Of a stretch of DNA of 64,000 nt, positions 38,983 through 49,200 are shown piece by piece. Source of the DNA: an uncultured Holophagales bacterium (GTDB lineage Bacteria; Acidobacteriota; Thermoanaerobaculia; Multivoradales; UBA5704); NCBI GenBank assembly GCA_963842525.1, contig CAWJGT010000024.1:128001-192000 (forward strand), written 5' to 3'. Both the position numbers and the translations under genes were made by a program. Numbering within the stretch: position 1 is the stretch's first letter; each line of letters begins with the position of its first letter. A model generated the notes under the pieces. That model saw nothing but the letters and a program-made list of their open reading frames with translations, ran no database searches and was not told the origin of the DNA.

Positions 38983-39180
38983 CAGCGTCAGCTCCGCAAA
39001 GCCAGTGTCCGCGTACACTGCTCCAGCGCAAGCTCCGCAAAGCCAGTGTCAGCTGACGCTGGCTCAGCGTCTCCGTACACTGGCCCAGCGTCAGCTCCGC
39101 AACGCCAGTGTCCGCGTACACTGGTCCGGTGTCCCGGGGCACTGAGCCAGTGCAAGCTCCGCAAAGCCAGCGTCAGCTCA
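38983..39180. repeat. Tandem array of mixed 20- and 21-bp units, several palindromic
   Basis: A unit CAGCGTCAGCTCCGCAAAGC (20 bp) and B unit CAGTGTCCGCGTACACTGNNN (21 bp); about 10 units. Confidence 0.8.
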
Positions 39181-39204
39181 TGCGATCCTAGGTAAGAGGC
39201 AAAG

Positions 39205-39417
39205 TCAGCCCCGCCAGGGGCGATCGGAATTAGCCCGGGATTTCAATCCCGGGAACCAGGCGCACCCCAAAACTCCTGGAGCCCCGCCAGGGGCGACAGG
39301 AAAATACGACCGGCGATGTCCTGCCGCCCCTATCGGGGCTTGATCGAGAGGGGGGTGGCCTTCCTTTCCCGGGCCTGAAGGCCCAGGGCTAATTCCTGCC
39401 GCCCCTGGCGGGGCTGA
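39205..39417. repeat. REPIN/MITE-like element with 18-bp terminal inverted repeats
   Basis: TCAGCCCCGCCAGGGGCG ... CGCCCCTGGCGGGGCTGA, with internal AGCCCCGCCAGGGGCG copies and CCCGGG hairpins. Confidence 0.7.
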
Positions 39418-39466
39418 TTTTCCAGACATCCTCTAAGATCGTCTCAGTCCACCAAGAAGATCGAGA

Positions 39467-40228
39467 ATGCCTCGCTACGACGTCTTCCTCAGCCACGCCA
39501 GCGCCGACAAGCCGGCCGTCGAGCACCTCGCCCGCAAGCTCCGGGAGGAAGGGATCGAGCCATTCCTCGACAAATGGCACCTGATCCCCGGCGAGCCGTG
39601 GCAGGAGGCGCTGGAGGAGGCCCTCGACCAGAGCCGCACCTGCGCGGTGTTCCTCGGCAAGGCGCTCGGCCCCTGGCAGAACGAGGAGATGCGGTCGGCG
39701 CTGGAGTCACGCGTCAGCGATGGCACGTTCCGGGTAATCCCGGTCCTGCTGCCCGGCGGGCGGGAGCCCGGTAGGGAGAAGCTTCCGCGCTTCCTTCGCC
39801 GTCTGACCTGGGTCGACTTCCGCGCCGACATTGACAACGAAGACGCCTTCCGCCGCCTCCTCGCCGGAATCCAAGGCAAAGAGCCCGGCCGCGACGCCCT
39901 GCTCGCGAGTGGAACCGGCCGTGCCACGACCGTGGGTATCACCACGGCCATCCACGGCGCAGGAGGATTCGGCAAGACCGCATTGGCGATAGAGCTCTGC
40001 TACGACGAGCAGATCCGCGAGCGGTTTCCCGACGGCATCCTCTGGACCACCATGGGCGAAGAGATCGACGCCGCCGGCCGCCTGGCCAGGGTTCGGGACC
40101 TGATCCGCTGGTGGACGGACGAGGATCCGCCCGCCTTCGAGACCGTCTCCGCGGCCAGCGCGCGCCTCCGCCAGTCCATGTTTCTTCATTCTGCCTCGCC
40201 GGAGCCGACGCTGCCTCGGCGCCGTTGA
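39467..40228 (+). pseudogene. TIR domain fused to a truncated NB-ARC (STAND NTPase) fragment
   Basis: YDVFLSHASADK...WQNEE TIR; HGAGGFGKT Walker A and FPDGILW; ends before Walker B. Confidence 0.75.
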
Positions 40229-40301
40229 TCTAGAACCCGGGGTCGCCGGGCCAGGGAGGCTCAGGGATCGACGCGTGCTATCCTGCCGAAGAGGCGCCAT
40301 C

Positions 40302-40508
40302 ATGACAGACGAGTCCCGCTCAGTGTCCCTGGATCCAACGGCCGATCCGGGCTCGGTGGAGCCTGTCATCGAAGTCTCGCCGGACGGAGTGGATCTGGGC
40401 CTCATCCGCTGGATGCTGGGCCTGACGCCTACCGAACGTCTGGAGGCGCTGCAGGATTTCGTGGACGGAGTCCTGGCGTTACGGGATGGCCGAGAAGCCG
40501 CGGACTAA
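40302..40508 (+). CDS. Small protein, putative partner of a nucleotidyltransferase
   Basis: DGVDLGLIRWMLGLTPTERL motif; overlaps the next gene. Confidence 0.6.
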   Translation: MTDESRSVSLDPTADPGSVEPVIEVSPDGVDLGLIRWMLGLTPTERLEALQDFVDGVLALRDGREAAD

Positions 40509-41010
40509 CTTCCTCCGCCTGATCGAGGTCCTGGTCCGGCACGAGGTGGAGTTCATCGTCGTCGGCGGTGTCGCCGCGATCCTGGAAGGTGCACCGATCC
40601 TTACCCTGGATCTCGATGTCCTCATCCGCCAGACTCCCGGAAATATCGAGCGCGTCGTCACGGCCCTGGCGGAGGTGCGCGCCCACTATCGCGATCCGGC
40701 CGGCCGGATCATCCTTCCGGATGCTACCCGTCTCGCTGCCAACCGTCTCAACCTGTTCGTCACCGACCTCGGACCCTTCGATGTCCTCGTGAGCCTCGTC
40801 GGAGGGCTCGGGTACGACGACCTCGTCGGAAGGACCCGGACCCACGAGGTCTCCGGGCTCGCCGTGCAAGCGTTGACCCTCGATGCATTGATCGAGATCA
40901 AGGAGAGGACGGGCCGCGACAAGGACCGGGCTGTGCTACCGGTCCTCCGGCAGACTCTCGAAATGAAGAGATCGCTTTCTCCGCCTTCGGATGAGGAAAG
41001 CGTCACCTGA
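40486..41010 (+). CDS. Nucleotidyltransferase-family protein (TA-like)
   Basis: VEFIVVGGVAA..G....TLDLD, LIEIK..TGRDKD. Confidence 0.75.
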   Translation: MAEKPRTNFLRLIEVLVRHEVEFIVVGGVAAILEGAPILTLDLDVLIRQTPGNIERVVTALAEVRAHYRDPAGRIILPDATRLAANRLNLFVTDLGPFDVLVSLVGGLGYDDLVGRTRTHEVSGLAVQALTLDALIEIKERTGRDKDRAVLPVLRQTLEMKRSLSPPSDEESVT

Positions 41011-41019
41011 CGACACCCA

Positions 41020-41781
41020 CTACGCAAGCAGGGCCGCGAGCGCCGCCCCGCCGTTCACGAATGCGTTGCCGATGCCGTGCATCACGCCCACGAGCCAGAC
41101 GTTGCGAGTCCTGTGGAAGATAAAAGCGAAGATCAGGCCGATGCCGAAGGTCGCGGCGAGGATCGCTGCCGTGGAAGACCAGGGCCGCGCCGCTGTAAAG
41201 TGATAGAAATGAAGGGGCCCGAAGGTGAATACAACGTTTGCCGCAAGGGGGCCCCAGGTTGAGCCGAGACGCCTCGTCAGCTCGGTCTGCAGGATCCCGC
41301 GATAGTTGACTTCCTGGTAGAACCCCCAGAGAAGCTCCACGGCGACGATCCCCGCGGCAGCAAGCCATCCTCCCGGGAGTCTCTGGATCTGTCGGAAATG
41401 GAGAGCGACAAAGGCTCCCATTGCAAGGAGCACGACCTGGGCGAAGTAGAGCCGTTCGGTCGCAGTCCACTTGCGCCAGGCCAGGAAGCCTATGTCGCTG
41501 AAGCTTGCCTTCGCCCCGAGCCTGACGGCCAGAAGGGCTGTCGCCAGAAGGAGAGTCACCCTCAGCCCAGGGGGTGGGAGTGCGACACCGAGCCATGACA
41601 ACAGGCCGAACCTGGGTCCCATCACGAATTCGAGAATCAGAAACACGGCAAGAAGACGGAGGCCCGTCGCAGGCGAGTAGGCGGGTCGCTCGCTCCTCTC
41701 GAAGAGAAGGAAGTGGCCGCGAAGAAAGGGGCCTACTCGACGGGCCTGCGAGTCGTAAAAGAGCCCTGTGATCGTACTCAT
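41020..41781 (-). CDS. CPBP (CAAX/Abi) intramembrane metalloprotease
   Basis: Multi-TM; QEVNYRG, FGPLH, HGIGN motifs. Confidence 0.8.
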   Translation of the reverse strand: MSTITGLFYDSQARRVGPFLRGHFLLFERSERPAYSPATGLRLLAVFLILEFVMGPRFGLLSWLGVALPPPGLRVTLLLATALLAVRLGAKASFSDIGFLAWRKWTATERLYFAQVVLLAMGAFVALHFRQIQRLPGGWLAAAGIVAVELLWGFYQEVNYRGILQTELTRRLGSTWGPLAANVVFTFGPLHFYHFTAARPWSSTAAILAATFGIGLIFAFIFHRTRNVWLVGVMHGIGNAFVNGGAALAALLA

Positions 41782-41865
41782 GATAGACGGGTCTCCCGGA
41801 TCGGGTTTCCCGACCCTACGGAGGGAGATCGCCAGGGGTTTCGTGGGTCAGATCGGTCTACCGCA

Positions 41866-42894
41866 TCAGTCGCGGCCGATGTTTCCCCAGGTCCTGGCCT
41901 TCTTTCTGGGCTTGGCGCCCAGCAGCTCTTCGGACAGCGAGGGCGGATCGAACAGTTGGCAAGGTGGCAGTGTCTTCGGGTCGAGCCCCTTCACTTGATC
42001 CCAGGTCTTGGCAGGGTCCGGACGCACCATGGCGAAATCGGTGTAGTTCTGGCTCACCACAGGCGCATTGGCCGGGGCGAAGGGATAGCCCGAAAAATAG
42101 AAGGATTGCGGATGCCGGTAGGGTGGGGCCGACGGCTGCGCGCTGTCGGGCCGGGGAGTGCTCTCGAAGGCGTAGCCGAACATGATCCCGCCATTGTCGG
42201 TCTGGTCCGGGAATACGCCGGTCTGCATCGGCTTGCCGGTCGCATTGTCGATCCAGAACGAGTAGCCCTGCACTGTACCGTTCAGGCGCGAGGAGTCCCC
42301 CAGGCTGTAGGGCAGGTGCTTGATGAAGTCGCGCTTCGGCGGGCTGTTGTCCGGCGAGAACAGGCAGACCGGCGGCATGTCCTTGGGCCGGTCTTCGGGG
42401 TAGGTGACGAAATAGGCCGTCTTGCCGAGCGAGATAAACGAGCAGGTGAAGTTGTTCGGGATCGGGAAGATCGGCAGGCAACGCTTGACGTAGTGCTCCT
42501 CCATCGCGCCCTGGCCGTTGCCCCAGGTGGAGTCGTAGTAGCTCACGCCGTCCGAGGTCTCGTAATCCTTGCCATCGACCAGGTCGGCCGGCGGCTTGCC
42601 GTCGTAGGGCGGCGGGTACGATTGGAAGCGGTTGAACACCCGGTACATCTTCCAGTGCGAGGTCCAGTATTCCGGGTACTCGGGATCGCTCGGCATCCCG
42701 GGCGCCCGTTCATAGGTGCAGGTCCTCGGGTCGGCGCACTCCCCGGAGTGGGAATCGTTGTGCACGCCGTAGGTGGCGTAGACGTCGTCAGGCACCTCGG
42801 CGGCGGGCTTGCCGGCCGTGCTCGCGCAGGCGGCACCGCCGAGCGCCAGGGCCGCGATCAGGTTCAGAGCGTAGAAGCGACGGTTGCGGGTCAT
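41866..42894 (-). CDS. Hypothetical lipoprotein, possibly VioE/ependymin-like (LolA-fold)
   Basis: Signal with GGAAC lipobox; PEYWTSHW..Y and GVSYYD motifs; ATGA-coupled to the ferritin-like gene. Confidence 0.6.
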   Translation of the reverse strand: MTRNRRFYALNLIAALALGGAACASTAGKPAAEVPDDVYATYGVHNDSHSGECADPRTCTYERAPGMPSDPEYPEYWTSHWKMYRVFNRFQSYPPPYDGKPPADLVDGKDYETSDGVSYYDSTWGNGQGAMEEHYVKRCLPIFPIPNNFTCSFISLGKTAYFVTYPEDRPKDMPPVCLFSPDNSPPKRDFIKHLPYSLGDSSRLNGTVQGYSFWIDNATGKPMQTGVFPDQTDNGGIMFGYAFESTPRPDSAQPSAPPYRHPQSFYFSGYPFAPANAPVVSQNYTDFAMVRPDPAKTWDQVKGLDPKTLPPCQLFDPPSLSEELLGAKPRKKARTWGNIGRD

Positions 42895-43970
42895 CGGCAA
42901 GCTCCGGTCGTCGGGTTTTCGGCTGTGGTCGGCTGCCAGCGGAAGCAGAGGCCGGTGGCCATGTCGGGGTTGTCCGGCAGGGGAGTGGACAGCACGTCCT
43001 GAGCCGCCAGCCTGAGCTGGTACATAAGGCCCATGGCGTCCCGGATCGCCTCGGGCTCGCCGTTGAAGGTCCGGTGCAGGGCGTTCAGCAGGCCGGTGTA
43101 GCCGTAGGCGAACTGCACCGAAGCCCGCCGCGCGCGCGAGTTTTCCGGCAGGGTGTCCGGATTGCCGTTGGGCTGCATGTTCCAGACGTTGCGCTCGTCG
43201 ATCCGCACCGGGGCGCCGCCGAACACGAAGCCGCCGGTGACGGGGTCGCGCACCAGCCGCTTGCCGACCACGATCTGTTCGAACCGGTAGTAGTGAGCCG
43301 GCTCTTCCTCGGGGTCGAGCGGCGAGGTCGGGGTGCCCTCGCCCTGCTCGACGATCAGCTCGATGGCGGCCGAGGCGCTCTCCGGGCCGGTGATCCGGAA
43401 AAGCTGGTCCGGCGGGAACCAGGTGGTGTCGACCATCTCCTGGCAGAAGTCGCCCTGGAACGCGGGCTGGCCCATCTCCTGGAGCTTCTTGTCGAGCGCC
43501 GCGTAGAACTCGCCGATGGTGTGAAACTCCGGTCCCGTGCCCTCGGCGGTCGCCTGCAGCCGGACCGGGATATGGATCGGGTTTTCCGGCTCTTCGATCA
43601 CCATGAAGACGTTCTTTACCAGGTCGACCGAACACTTCTCGATCGGCACAATCAGGCCGTCGCCGATATTCATCGGCAGCGGGCCCGGGTATTTGGGCAC
43701 GAAGCCCGGGCGGTTGATCTGGGGGCTGCCGCCGAGCGCGATCATCAGGTTGGAGGCGATCGACATATGGAGCATCTCCTGCATCGCGACGCTCCGGATG
43801 ATGTCGGCCACCATGTCGTTCGTGCCGAGCTTCAGGCTGAAATAGGCGGCCAGGTACGGCGGAATGGTCGCGTGTTCGAGCTCGATGGCCTTCTGCACCA
43901 GCCAGTGGAGGTCGCCGGGCTCCTGGGCCGCCTGGATGGCGGTGATGTATTGGGGGTCGATCTTCAGCAT
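42891..43970 (-). CDS. Ferritin-like domain protein (VioB/RebD C-terminal type)
   Basis: AIELEHATIPPYL, EMLHM..ASNL..ALGG.P, IEEP, TIGEFY, IVEQGEG, HYYRF. Confidence 0.85.
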   Translation of the reverse strand: MLKIDPQYITAIQAAQEPGDLHWLVQKAIELEHATIPPYLAAYFSLKLGTNDMVADIIRSVAMQEMLHMSIASNLMIALGGSPQINRPGFVPKYPGPLPMNIGDGLIVPIEKCSVDLVKNVFMVIEEPENPIHIPVRLQATAEGTGPEFHTIGEFYAALDKKLQEMGQPAFQGDFCQEMVDTTWFPPDQLFRITGPESASAAIELIVEQGEGTPTSPLDPEEEPAHYYRFEQIVVGKRLVRDPVTGGFVFGGAPVRIDERNVWNMQPNGNPDTLPENSRARRASVQFAYGYTGLLNALHRTFNGEPEAIRDAMGLMYQLRLAAQDVLSTPLPDNPDMATGLCFRWQPTTAENPTTGACR

Positions 43971-43985
43971 GGGATTTCTCCGGCC

Positions 43986-46085
43986 TCAGGCGTCGGTGCC
44001 CGGCGCGTTCTCCAGGAAGCTGCGCAGCGCGGCGGTCTTGCCGTCGTTGCCCGGGCCGAGCCGGGCGATCGCCGCCTGGGCCGCGCCGGTGCTGAGGCGC
44101 GTGGGAGCGGCCACGCCCACCACTGTCTCGTCCGCGGCCGCGCGGGCGGCGCCCTCCGGCAGACCGGGGTAGTGCCTGCGGTCGATGGCGGCCTCGGGCA
44201 GGTAGCCCTCCAGCCAGCGCAGGATCGCCGTGATCTTGCCCGCCGACAGGTCGCGGGTGGCGGGCATGTAGTTCGGGTCCTCGATCGGCTTGGTGAAGGC
44301 CAGGTGCAGCAGCCGCGCGTTGGCCGCGATCACCAGCGGGTCGGAGAAGCTGAACAGCCCCCGGCTCATCACCGGATAGAGGTTGCCGTACTGAATCAGG
44401 ATCGGCCCGACGTCGTCCGCCCAACTCGGCGTGAGCGGCGGCACGTATGCCTCGCGCGCGTGCACGGCGATGACCTCGACGAGCGGCATGGGCGACTGGC
44501 CGGTCAGCGCCAGCGAATAGCTGATGTTATAGATCTGCCCGTCGATGTAGCCGCGCGGATTGCCCGGGTTCTCGACCTGGATGTCGAGGACCCCGATGCC
44601 GTCGTCGCCGGCATTGAGCGAAACGGGAACCGACACCTTGTCGGGCGGCACATTGACCAGCGGAATTACCGTCTGCGGCGGCCTGACCTCCTGGTCGTCG
44701 TCGGTGCCTCCCTGGCCCGCCTGGGGCGGTTGCAGCGAGGCCTGGAGCGGCGCGTCCGCCCACGGCTTCCCCCAGCGCATGGCCCACAGGCTCACGGGGG
44801 CTGAAACCCAGCCGGCCTCGGCCGTGTCCACCCGTTGCACGAACTGGTCGGCGCGCACCCAGGCGCCGGCCACGGTCTCGCGGATGCCGATCGTGACCGG
44901 GCTCGGGTCGGAGCCGATCAGGACCGCGAGCGGGTGTTCGCCGATCAGGGCGGCCGCGGCGGCCGGGATCGGCAGGTCGGCGATCCCGCCGGTCGCCTGG
45001 AGCCAGGCCATGTCGTAGCCCTGGACCACACCGACCACCTCGCACTGGTCCGGCGCCAGGGCGTCCCCGTCCGAGAGGCAAGGGGCGGTCACCAACCCGG
45101 ATTCCGTGCTCGCGAACGGGTCCTCGCCCTTGAGCACCACGACGGTCAGCGGGCCCATGTCCTGAAGCGCCAGATAGGGTGCCTGGCCGGGCTGCAGGTT
45201 TTGATCGACCAGCCACATCGGGATGGAGTTGCCGAGGTCCAGGCTGAAGGTCGCGCCGTCCTGCGAAACGGCGCCGGTCATGTAGCCGAGCCCGGAGGCC
45301 GAGGCGAAGGGCAGGTTGGGGCTGGTGGCCGCGGGCGCGAACCGGCGGCCGGGCGCGAACATCTCCGGGTCGCCGGGCAGCCAGGGTCCGATCGAGCCGA
45401 CCACCGAGCCCACCAGGTAAGCATTGGCCTTGGGCGTCTTGGAATAGCCGTAGGTGAGCAGGCTCATCGTCAGCCTGCCGCCGCAGCCCTCCGCCGCAGC
45501 CTTGAGGGCGCCGACCCCGGTCATGCCCTCGGTGTCCGGCCCCCAGGCGAGGTCGGTCAGGGTGCCGGTGAAACGGGCCGAGGCGCCGGGGCTGCCGCCC
45601 AGGGCCTTGCCCGTGCTCTGGAGGATCACCCGTCCGAAATAGATGTCGCGGAAGCAGGCAGGCTGCAGGGTCGCGGACAGCAGCGCGACGTCGTCGAGCA
45701 TCAGCGACAGCCGCATGCCCCAGAGGCCCGAGGCGAACTGGAACTGCGGATCGAGGTCGACGATCTTGGCCTGAGTCCGGCCCTGCTGGGCCTCGATGCG
45801 CAGGGACAGCGCCGGGTCCGGGTCGCCGGCTCGGGCCGCGCTGCCATCGCCGGTCGAGCCGGCCGCGCCGGTGACCCTGCACTCCATCAGGCGGAAGGCG
45901 TTGGAGCCGTCCGGATTCCACCAGCCGTTGTACTCGGTCCGGCCGTCCGGCTCCGTCACTTGGGGCTTCTGGAAGCGCGCCTCGAAGACGTTGGAGTCAT
46001 AGTTCCGGACATCGTTGTTGACCGTGTTGACATCGGCCTCGAAGAAGCCTGCGAACGTCACGCGCGGCAGATTCAGGTAGCTCAT
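43986..46085 (-). CDS. VioB/RebD N-terminal-region-like protein (699 aa)
   Basis: MSYLNLPRVTFAGFFEADVNTVNND start, WNPDGSNAF, KIVDLDP, YGNLYPVM, YMPATRDLS. Confidence 0.65.
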   Translation of the reverse strand: MSYLNLPRVTFAGFFEADVNTVNNDVRNYDSNVFEARFQKPQVTEPDGRTEYNGWWNPDGSNAFRLMECRVTGAAGSTGDGSAARAGDPDPALSLRIEAQQGRTQAKIVDLDPQFQFASGLWGMRLSLMLDDVALLSATLQPACFRDIYFGRVILQSTGKALGGSPGASARFTGTLTDLAWGPDTEGMTGVGALKAAAEGCGGRLTMSLLTYGYSKTPKANAYLVGSVVGSIGPWLPGDPEMFAPGRRFAPAATSPNLPFASASGLGYMTGAVSQDGATFSLDLGNSIPMWLVDQNLQPGQAPYLALQDMGPLTVVVLKGEDPFASTESGLVTAPCLSDGDALAPDQCEVVGVVQGYDMAWLQATGGIADLPIPAAAAALIGEHPLAVLIGSDPSPVTIGIRETVAGAWVRADQFVQRVDTAEAGWVSAPVSLWAMRWGKPWADAPLQASLQPPQAGQGGTDDDQEVRPPQTVIPLVNVPPDKVSVPVSLNAGDDGIGVLDIQVENPGNPRGYIDGQIYNISYSLALTGQSPMPLVEVIAVHAREAYVPPLTPSWADDVGPILIQYGNLYPVMSRGLFSFSDPLVIAANARLLHLAFTKPIEDPNYMPATRDLSAGKITAILRWLEGYLPEAAIDRRHYPGLPEGAARAAADETVVGVAAPTRLSTGAAQAAIARLGPGNDGKTAALRSFLENAPGTDA

Positions 46086-46265
46086 CCGTCCCCCTGCATT
46101 CCTCGTGTCGCTGAAGTGAGGATCGTAGCCTCGTCGACAGGAGGTGTCAAAGGTGTCAAAGGACGGGGAGCAGCGGCCGGCGACCCCATCGGCTACAATA
46201 GCCGGCTCTGTCGCAGCGGCGCCGTGGCGGTCTCCGCCCGGCTCCCGCCTCAACGAGGTTCCCGA

Positions 46266-49200
46266 ATGAGCGATTCGCGATTTCCCGACGTGCCGGGCGG
46301 CTATCCCTTCCCCTCCCTGGAGCTCCAGGTGCTGGAGGAGTGGCAGCGCGAGCACATCTTCGAGCGGAGCCTGGAGAAGCCGGCGCCCAAGGGCGAGTTC
46401 GTCTTCTTCGAGGGGCCGCCTACGGCCAACAACGTGCCGCATGTGGGCCATGTGGTCACCCGCGTCATCAAGGACCTGTTCCCCCGCTTCCGTACGATGC
46501 GCGGCTACCATGTGGCCCGCAAGGCGGGGTGGGACACGCATGGCCTCGCCGTCGAGATCGAGGTCGAGAAGCGCCTCGGCTTCTCCGGCAAGCAGCAGAT
46601 CGAAGAGTACGGCATCGAGAAGTTCAACCAGGCCTGCCTGGAGAGCGTCCGCACCTACGAGCAGCAGTGGCGCGCCATGACCGAACGGGTCGGCTACTGG
46701 CTCGACCTCGACCGCGCCTACTGGACCTACTCCAACACCTACATCGAGTCGGTCTGGTGGTCGCTCGCCGAGCTGTGGAAGAAGGGGCTCCTGGGCGAGG
46801 GGTACAAGATCCAGCCCTACTGCGGACGCTGCGGCACCACCCTGTCGAGCCACGAGGTCGCCCAGAACTACAAGGACGCGGACGATCCGTCGATCTGGAC
46901 GCTGTTTCATGCCCGCCCCGGTCAGACCCTGAAGACCCTGGAGGGTGAGACCTGGGAGGTCGGCCCACAGCTCGAGCTGGTCGCCTGGACCACGACGCCC
47001 TGGACCACCCTGGCCAATGTGGGCCTGGCCGTCCATCCCGACCAGATCTACCGGGTGATCGACCATCCGGCACATCTGGCCGCACCGGGTGCGCAGATCC
47101 TGCTCGGCGACGAGCTGTCCGTCCCCGTCCCTCTGGTGATCGAGGAGGAGGGCAAGCGGAAGCAGATCGACCTGCGCGAGCAGCCGGCCCTGGTCCGCTT
47201 CCGCGGCCGGGACCTCGAGAACCTCCTCTACGACCGGCTCTTCACCTTCTTCGCGCCCGACGAGCCCGGCCGGGTGGTGCTCGGCGAGTACGTGACGACG
47301 ACGGACGGCACCGGCCTGGTCCACACCGCGCCGCCGTTCGGCGAGGACGACTACCAGACCGGCCGGCGCTATGGCCTGCCGCTGCTCCTGACCGTCGATA
47401 CCGCCGGCCGCATCGCGCCCGGCGCCGGCCCCTTCGCCGGGATGTGGTTCAAGGACGCCGACCCCGAGATCACCAAGGACCTGAAGAGCCGCGGGCGCAT
47501 GCTCCACGTGGACCGCTACCGCCACAGCTATCCGTTCTGCTGGCGGTGCGACCGGCCGCTCCTCTATTACGCCACCACGAGCTGGTTCATCTGGACCACG
47601 CAGCAGAAGGAAAAGCTGATCGCCAAGAACCGGGAGGTCCACTGGCACCCGGAGCACATCGGGGAGGGCCGGTTCGGCAACTGGCTGGAAAACGTGGTCG
47701 ATTGGGCCCTGTCGCGCAAGCGCTATTGGGGGACGCCGCTGCCGATCTGGCGCTGCGACGCCTGCCCGCACACCACCGTGGTGGGCTCCTATGCCGAGCT
47801 GTTCGCCGCCGCCGGCCGCGAGCTGCCCGCGGACCCGTACGATCCGCAGCAATTCAATCCGCACCGGCCATACATCGACCAGGTCACCTGGGACTGCAAG
47901 GAGTGTGGCAAGGGCACGATGCGCCGGGTCGAGGAGGTCATCGACGCCTGGTTCGACTCGGGCGCCATGCCCTTCGCGCAGCACCACTATCCGTTCGAGA
48001 ACCGCGACCTGATCGACGGGCGGCGCCAGTTCCCCGCCGATTACATCTCCGAGGCGGTGGACCAGACGCGCGGCTGGTTCTACACCCTGCACGTGCTGGG
48101 CGCGCTGCTCTTCGATTCAGTGACATATAAAAACTGCATCGTCCTCGGCCATATCAACGACGAGCAGGGGCGCAAGATGTCGAAGCGCCTCGGCAACGTG
48201 GTCGATCCCATGCAGGTCATCCCCGAAACGGGCGCCGATGCCCTGCGCTGGTACTTCTGCATCAACAACCCGACGCAGACGTCACGCTTTTCGGCCCGGC
48301 TGGTGCGCGAGGCTGCACAACGGTTCCTGCTGCCGCTCTGGAACGCGCTCTCGTTCTTCACGATCTACGCGAACCTGGACGGCTGGCGGCCTGCGGGTCC
48401 GACCGCGCCTCTCGACTTCGCAAAGCGGCCGGCGCTCGACCGCTGGATCCTCCTCCGCCTCGACCGTCTGGCCGCGGAGATGACGCTCAACCTCGACACC
48501 TATGAGCCGACCGGGGCTGCGCGGGTGATCGAGGAATTCCTGGACGACCTGACGAACTGGTACATCCGCCGCAGCCGTTCCCGCTTCTGGGCACCGGACG
48601 GGCAGGAGGATCATGCGGACAAGGAGAGCGCCTACCGCGCCCTCTACGAGGTGCTGACGACCGTGGCGCGGCTGATCGCACCGTTCACGCCGTTCGTGGC
48701 CGACGTCCTGCACCGCCATCTCGTGCGCAGCCAGGACCCGGCCGCCGCGGCGAGCGTCCATCTGGAGAGCTGGCCCGAGCCTGCCACATCGCAAACATCC
48801 AGGAAGGACGAGCCGCTGGAGAAGGGGATGGCGGCGATCCAGCGCATCGTCCGGCTGGGGCACGCCGCGCGCAACCTGCATGGTCTCAAGACCCGGCAGC
48901 CGCTCGCCGCGGTCACCCTGGTGACGGCCGACGTGGCGCTTCCCGGCCTGGTGATGCCCTACGCCGACCTGCTCAAGGACGAGCTCAACGTGCGCGAGAT
49001 CCGGTGGGCGGAGGACCGCACGCAGTACGTCCATCACGAAGTGCGGCCGGTCTTCCCGAAGACCGGGCCCCGTTTCGGAAAGCAAATGCCGGAGGTCAAG
49101 CGCGCGCTCGAATCCGCGGACGGCGATGCCCTTGCCGCCGAGCTGGAGCGCTGCGGGGAAGCTCACCATCCAGCTCGCGGACGGTCCGGCCGAGCTGTCA

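Noticed and set aside
38983-39180. Possible CRISPR array
   Set aside because: Units are contiguous with no unique spacers and there are no cas genes; the same applies to 25157-25450.
41866-46085. Calling this a violacein or indolocarbazole cluster
   Set aside because: No VioA/RebO oxidase, monooxygenases or halogenase; the similarity is limited to VioB-like parts.
43986-48092. 1368-aa and 852-aa minus-strand ORFs and the 1576-aa plus-strand ORF as called
   Set aside because: The N-terminal extensions are antisense or off-frame shadows. The real starts are 46085, 42894 and 46266.
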